Positions 63,202 to 64,000 of a stretch of DNA of 64,000 nt are shown one piece after another. Both the position numbers and the translations under genes were made by a program. This DNA is from Bacteroidota bacterium (lineage in GTDB: Bacteria; Bacteroidota; Bacteroidia; CAILMK01). Position 1 is the stretch's first letter. The number at the start of each line of letters is the position of its first letter. The stretch covers positions 762-64,761 of the forward strand of contig JAWXCF010000074.1 of NCBI GenBank assembly GCA_034440515.1. Reading direction: 5' to 3'. The notes below the pieces were generated by a model that saw only the letters and a program-made list of their open reading frames with translations, searched no databases and had not been told where the DNA came from.

Positions 63202-64000
63202 ATGCTTAAAAACCTAATATTAGTTTTACTGTCTTTGTCAATACTGTTTTTGGCCAGCAATTGCGATAGACACTCAGAATCACAACTATTGCCGCTTACT
63301 GGCATTGATTCTACTCAATTAACACAATGGATCACTTATATAGATAAAGATCAAAACTATATAGTACAAATAACTGAAACAGAAGGCACCACTATGGTGT
63401 ATGCTGGTAATAGAACGGCACTAAAGCCAGATTACTTACGTAGAGCATTAACACAAATTGGCAGATTACAGGGTGAGTTAATCTTAAACACTGTAAGTGT
63501 TCAAACCCGAGATACAACTAACTTAATTAACCCAAAAAAAATTGTACTTCAGTCTAAAACTGGCAAGACTGACACCATATATATTGGTAAAGAGTTTTTT
63601 AGGGGTGATAAGCAAATCATAACCTACTATTGTACTTCATCACACAATAAAGGCTTATTTCTTCTTAGCCTACCGATTACTGGTGGTTTAATGGCAAATC
63701 CAATCGACCTAAGTGCAGAAAGGATAGATCAGCTGAAGTTGCCAGACGTCAGAACTGTAAATATGTACCCTGTAAATGATAAAGCTTACGAGATAATTAA
63801 GGAAGGAAATATATTTTTGGTAGATGGGGTACCAGGAAATATTAATAAGTTAAATGAAATGATTAGCATTATAGAAAGTCTAAAATTTGTTGAAGACAAA
63901 ACACCTACCAAAACTGGTGCGTCATTCCGAATCAACATAATAAGTAAACAGGAGCAAATTTCTTTAAATGCGTTTAAGATAAATTCTGAGGAATGGGCTA
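63202..64000 (+). CDS. Hypothetical lipoprotein, 3'-truncated by window end (not in ORF track)
   Basis: ATG at 63202, signal MLKNLILVLLSLSILFLASNC (lipobox). I translated the frame by hand and it stays open to position 64000. Confidence 0.55.
   Translation, partial: MLKNLILVLLSLSILFLASNCDRHSESQLLPLTGIDSTQLTQWITYIDKDQNYIVQITETEGTTMVYAGNRTALKPDYLRRALTQIGRLQGELILNTVSVQTRDTTNLINPKKIVLQSKTGKTDTIYIGKEFFRGDKQIITYYCTSSHNKGLFLLSLPITGGLMANPIDLSAERIDQLKLPDVRTVNMYPVNDKAYEIIKEGNIFLVDGVPGNINKLNEMISIIESLKFVEDKTPTKTGASFRINIISKQEQISLNAFKINSEEWA

Noticed and set aside
1-64000. Window-wide look for CRISPR arrays, IS elements, rRNA, riboswitches and long direct or inverted repeats.
   Set aside because: I saw no regularly spaced repeats, transposase-like ORFs or rRNA-like segments. 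The leaders upstream of dapA, lipA, mntH and pyrG are too short for known riboswitches. This was inspection by eye, so short or degenerate repeats could have been missed.

Overview
AT-rich (mid-30s %GC by eye), gene-dense chromosomal segment. I count about 65 protein-coding genes and one tRNA-Cys. I found no rRNA, transposase, integrase, prophage or CRISPR array. Several features point to a Bacteroidota genome (Flavobacteriia/Cytophagia-like; I cannot resolve it further). These are a T9SS C-terminal sorting domain, PorT and DUF4835/PorD-like genes, the bamD-rpoZ-coaBC-DUF4835-recN gene order, missing Shine-Dalgarno sequences, and recurrent TAnnTTTG -7 promoter boxes. Most of the window is housekeeping: sucC, tsaC, mutS2, dapA, recN, fabI, clpC, dnaB, etfBA, holA, kdsB, pyrG, rocD, engB, ubiE, rny, zapA, pheT, smpB, lipA. 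The less ordinary parts are listed here. (1) A class III PhaE/PhaC polyhydroxyalkanoate synthase locus with a divergent PhaJ; its PhaE has an extremely Met/Asn/Gln/Trp-rich N-terminal half. (2) coaBC is split into two cistrons by a single in-frame TAA at the domain linker. (3) A tightly packed five-gene envelope operon of unknown function: polytopic membrane protein, geranylgeranyl-reductase-family flavoprotein, DUF6029-like barrel, CxxC lipoprotein, DUF1684. (4) An mntR, Nramp::USP fusion, hotdog thioesterase, smpB string with a DtxR-box-like palindrome. (5) A RimK/DUF785 pair. (6) Two tiny lipoproteins sharing a C-x4-C-P motif, one of them absent from the ORF track. I see no convincing defence island or clearly novel multi-gene system; the envelope operon and the PHA locus are the best candidates for follow-up. 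All family names come from motif recognition and memory, because no database search could be run. Several track ORF starts (TTG/GTG extensions) were trimmed where a promoter box or terminator overlaps them.
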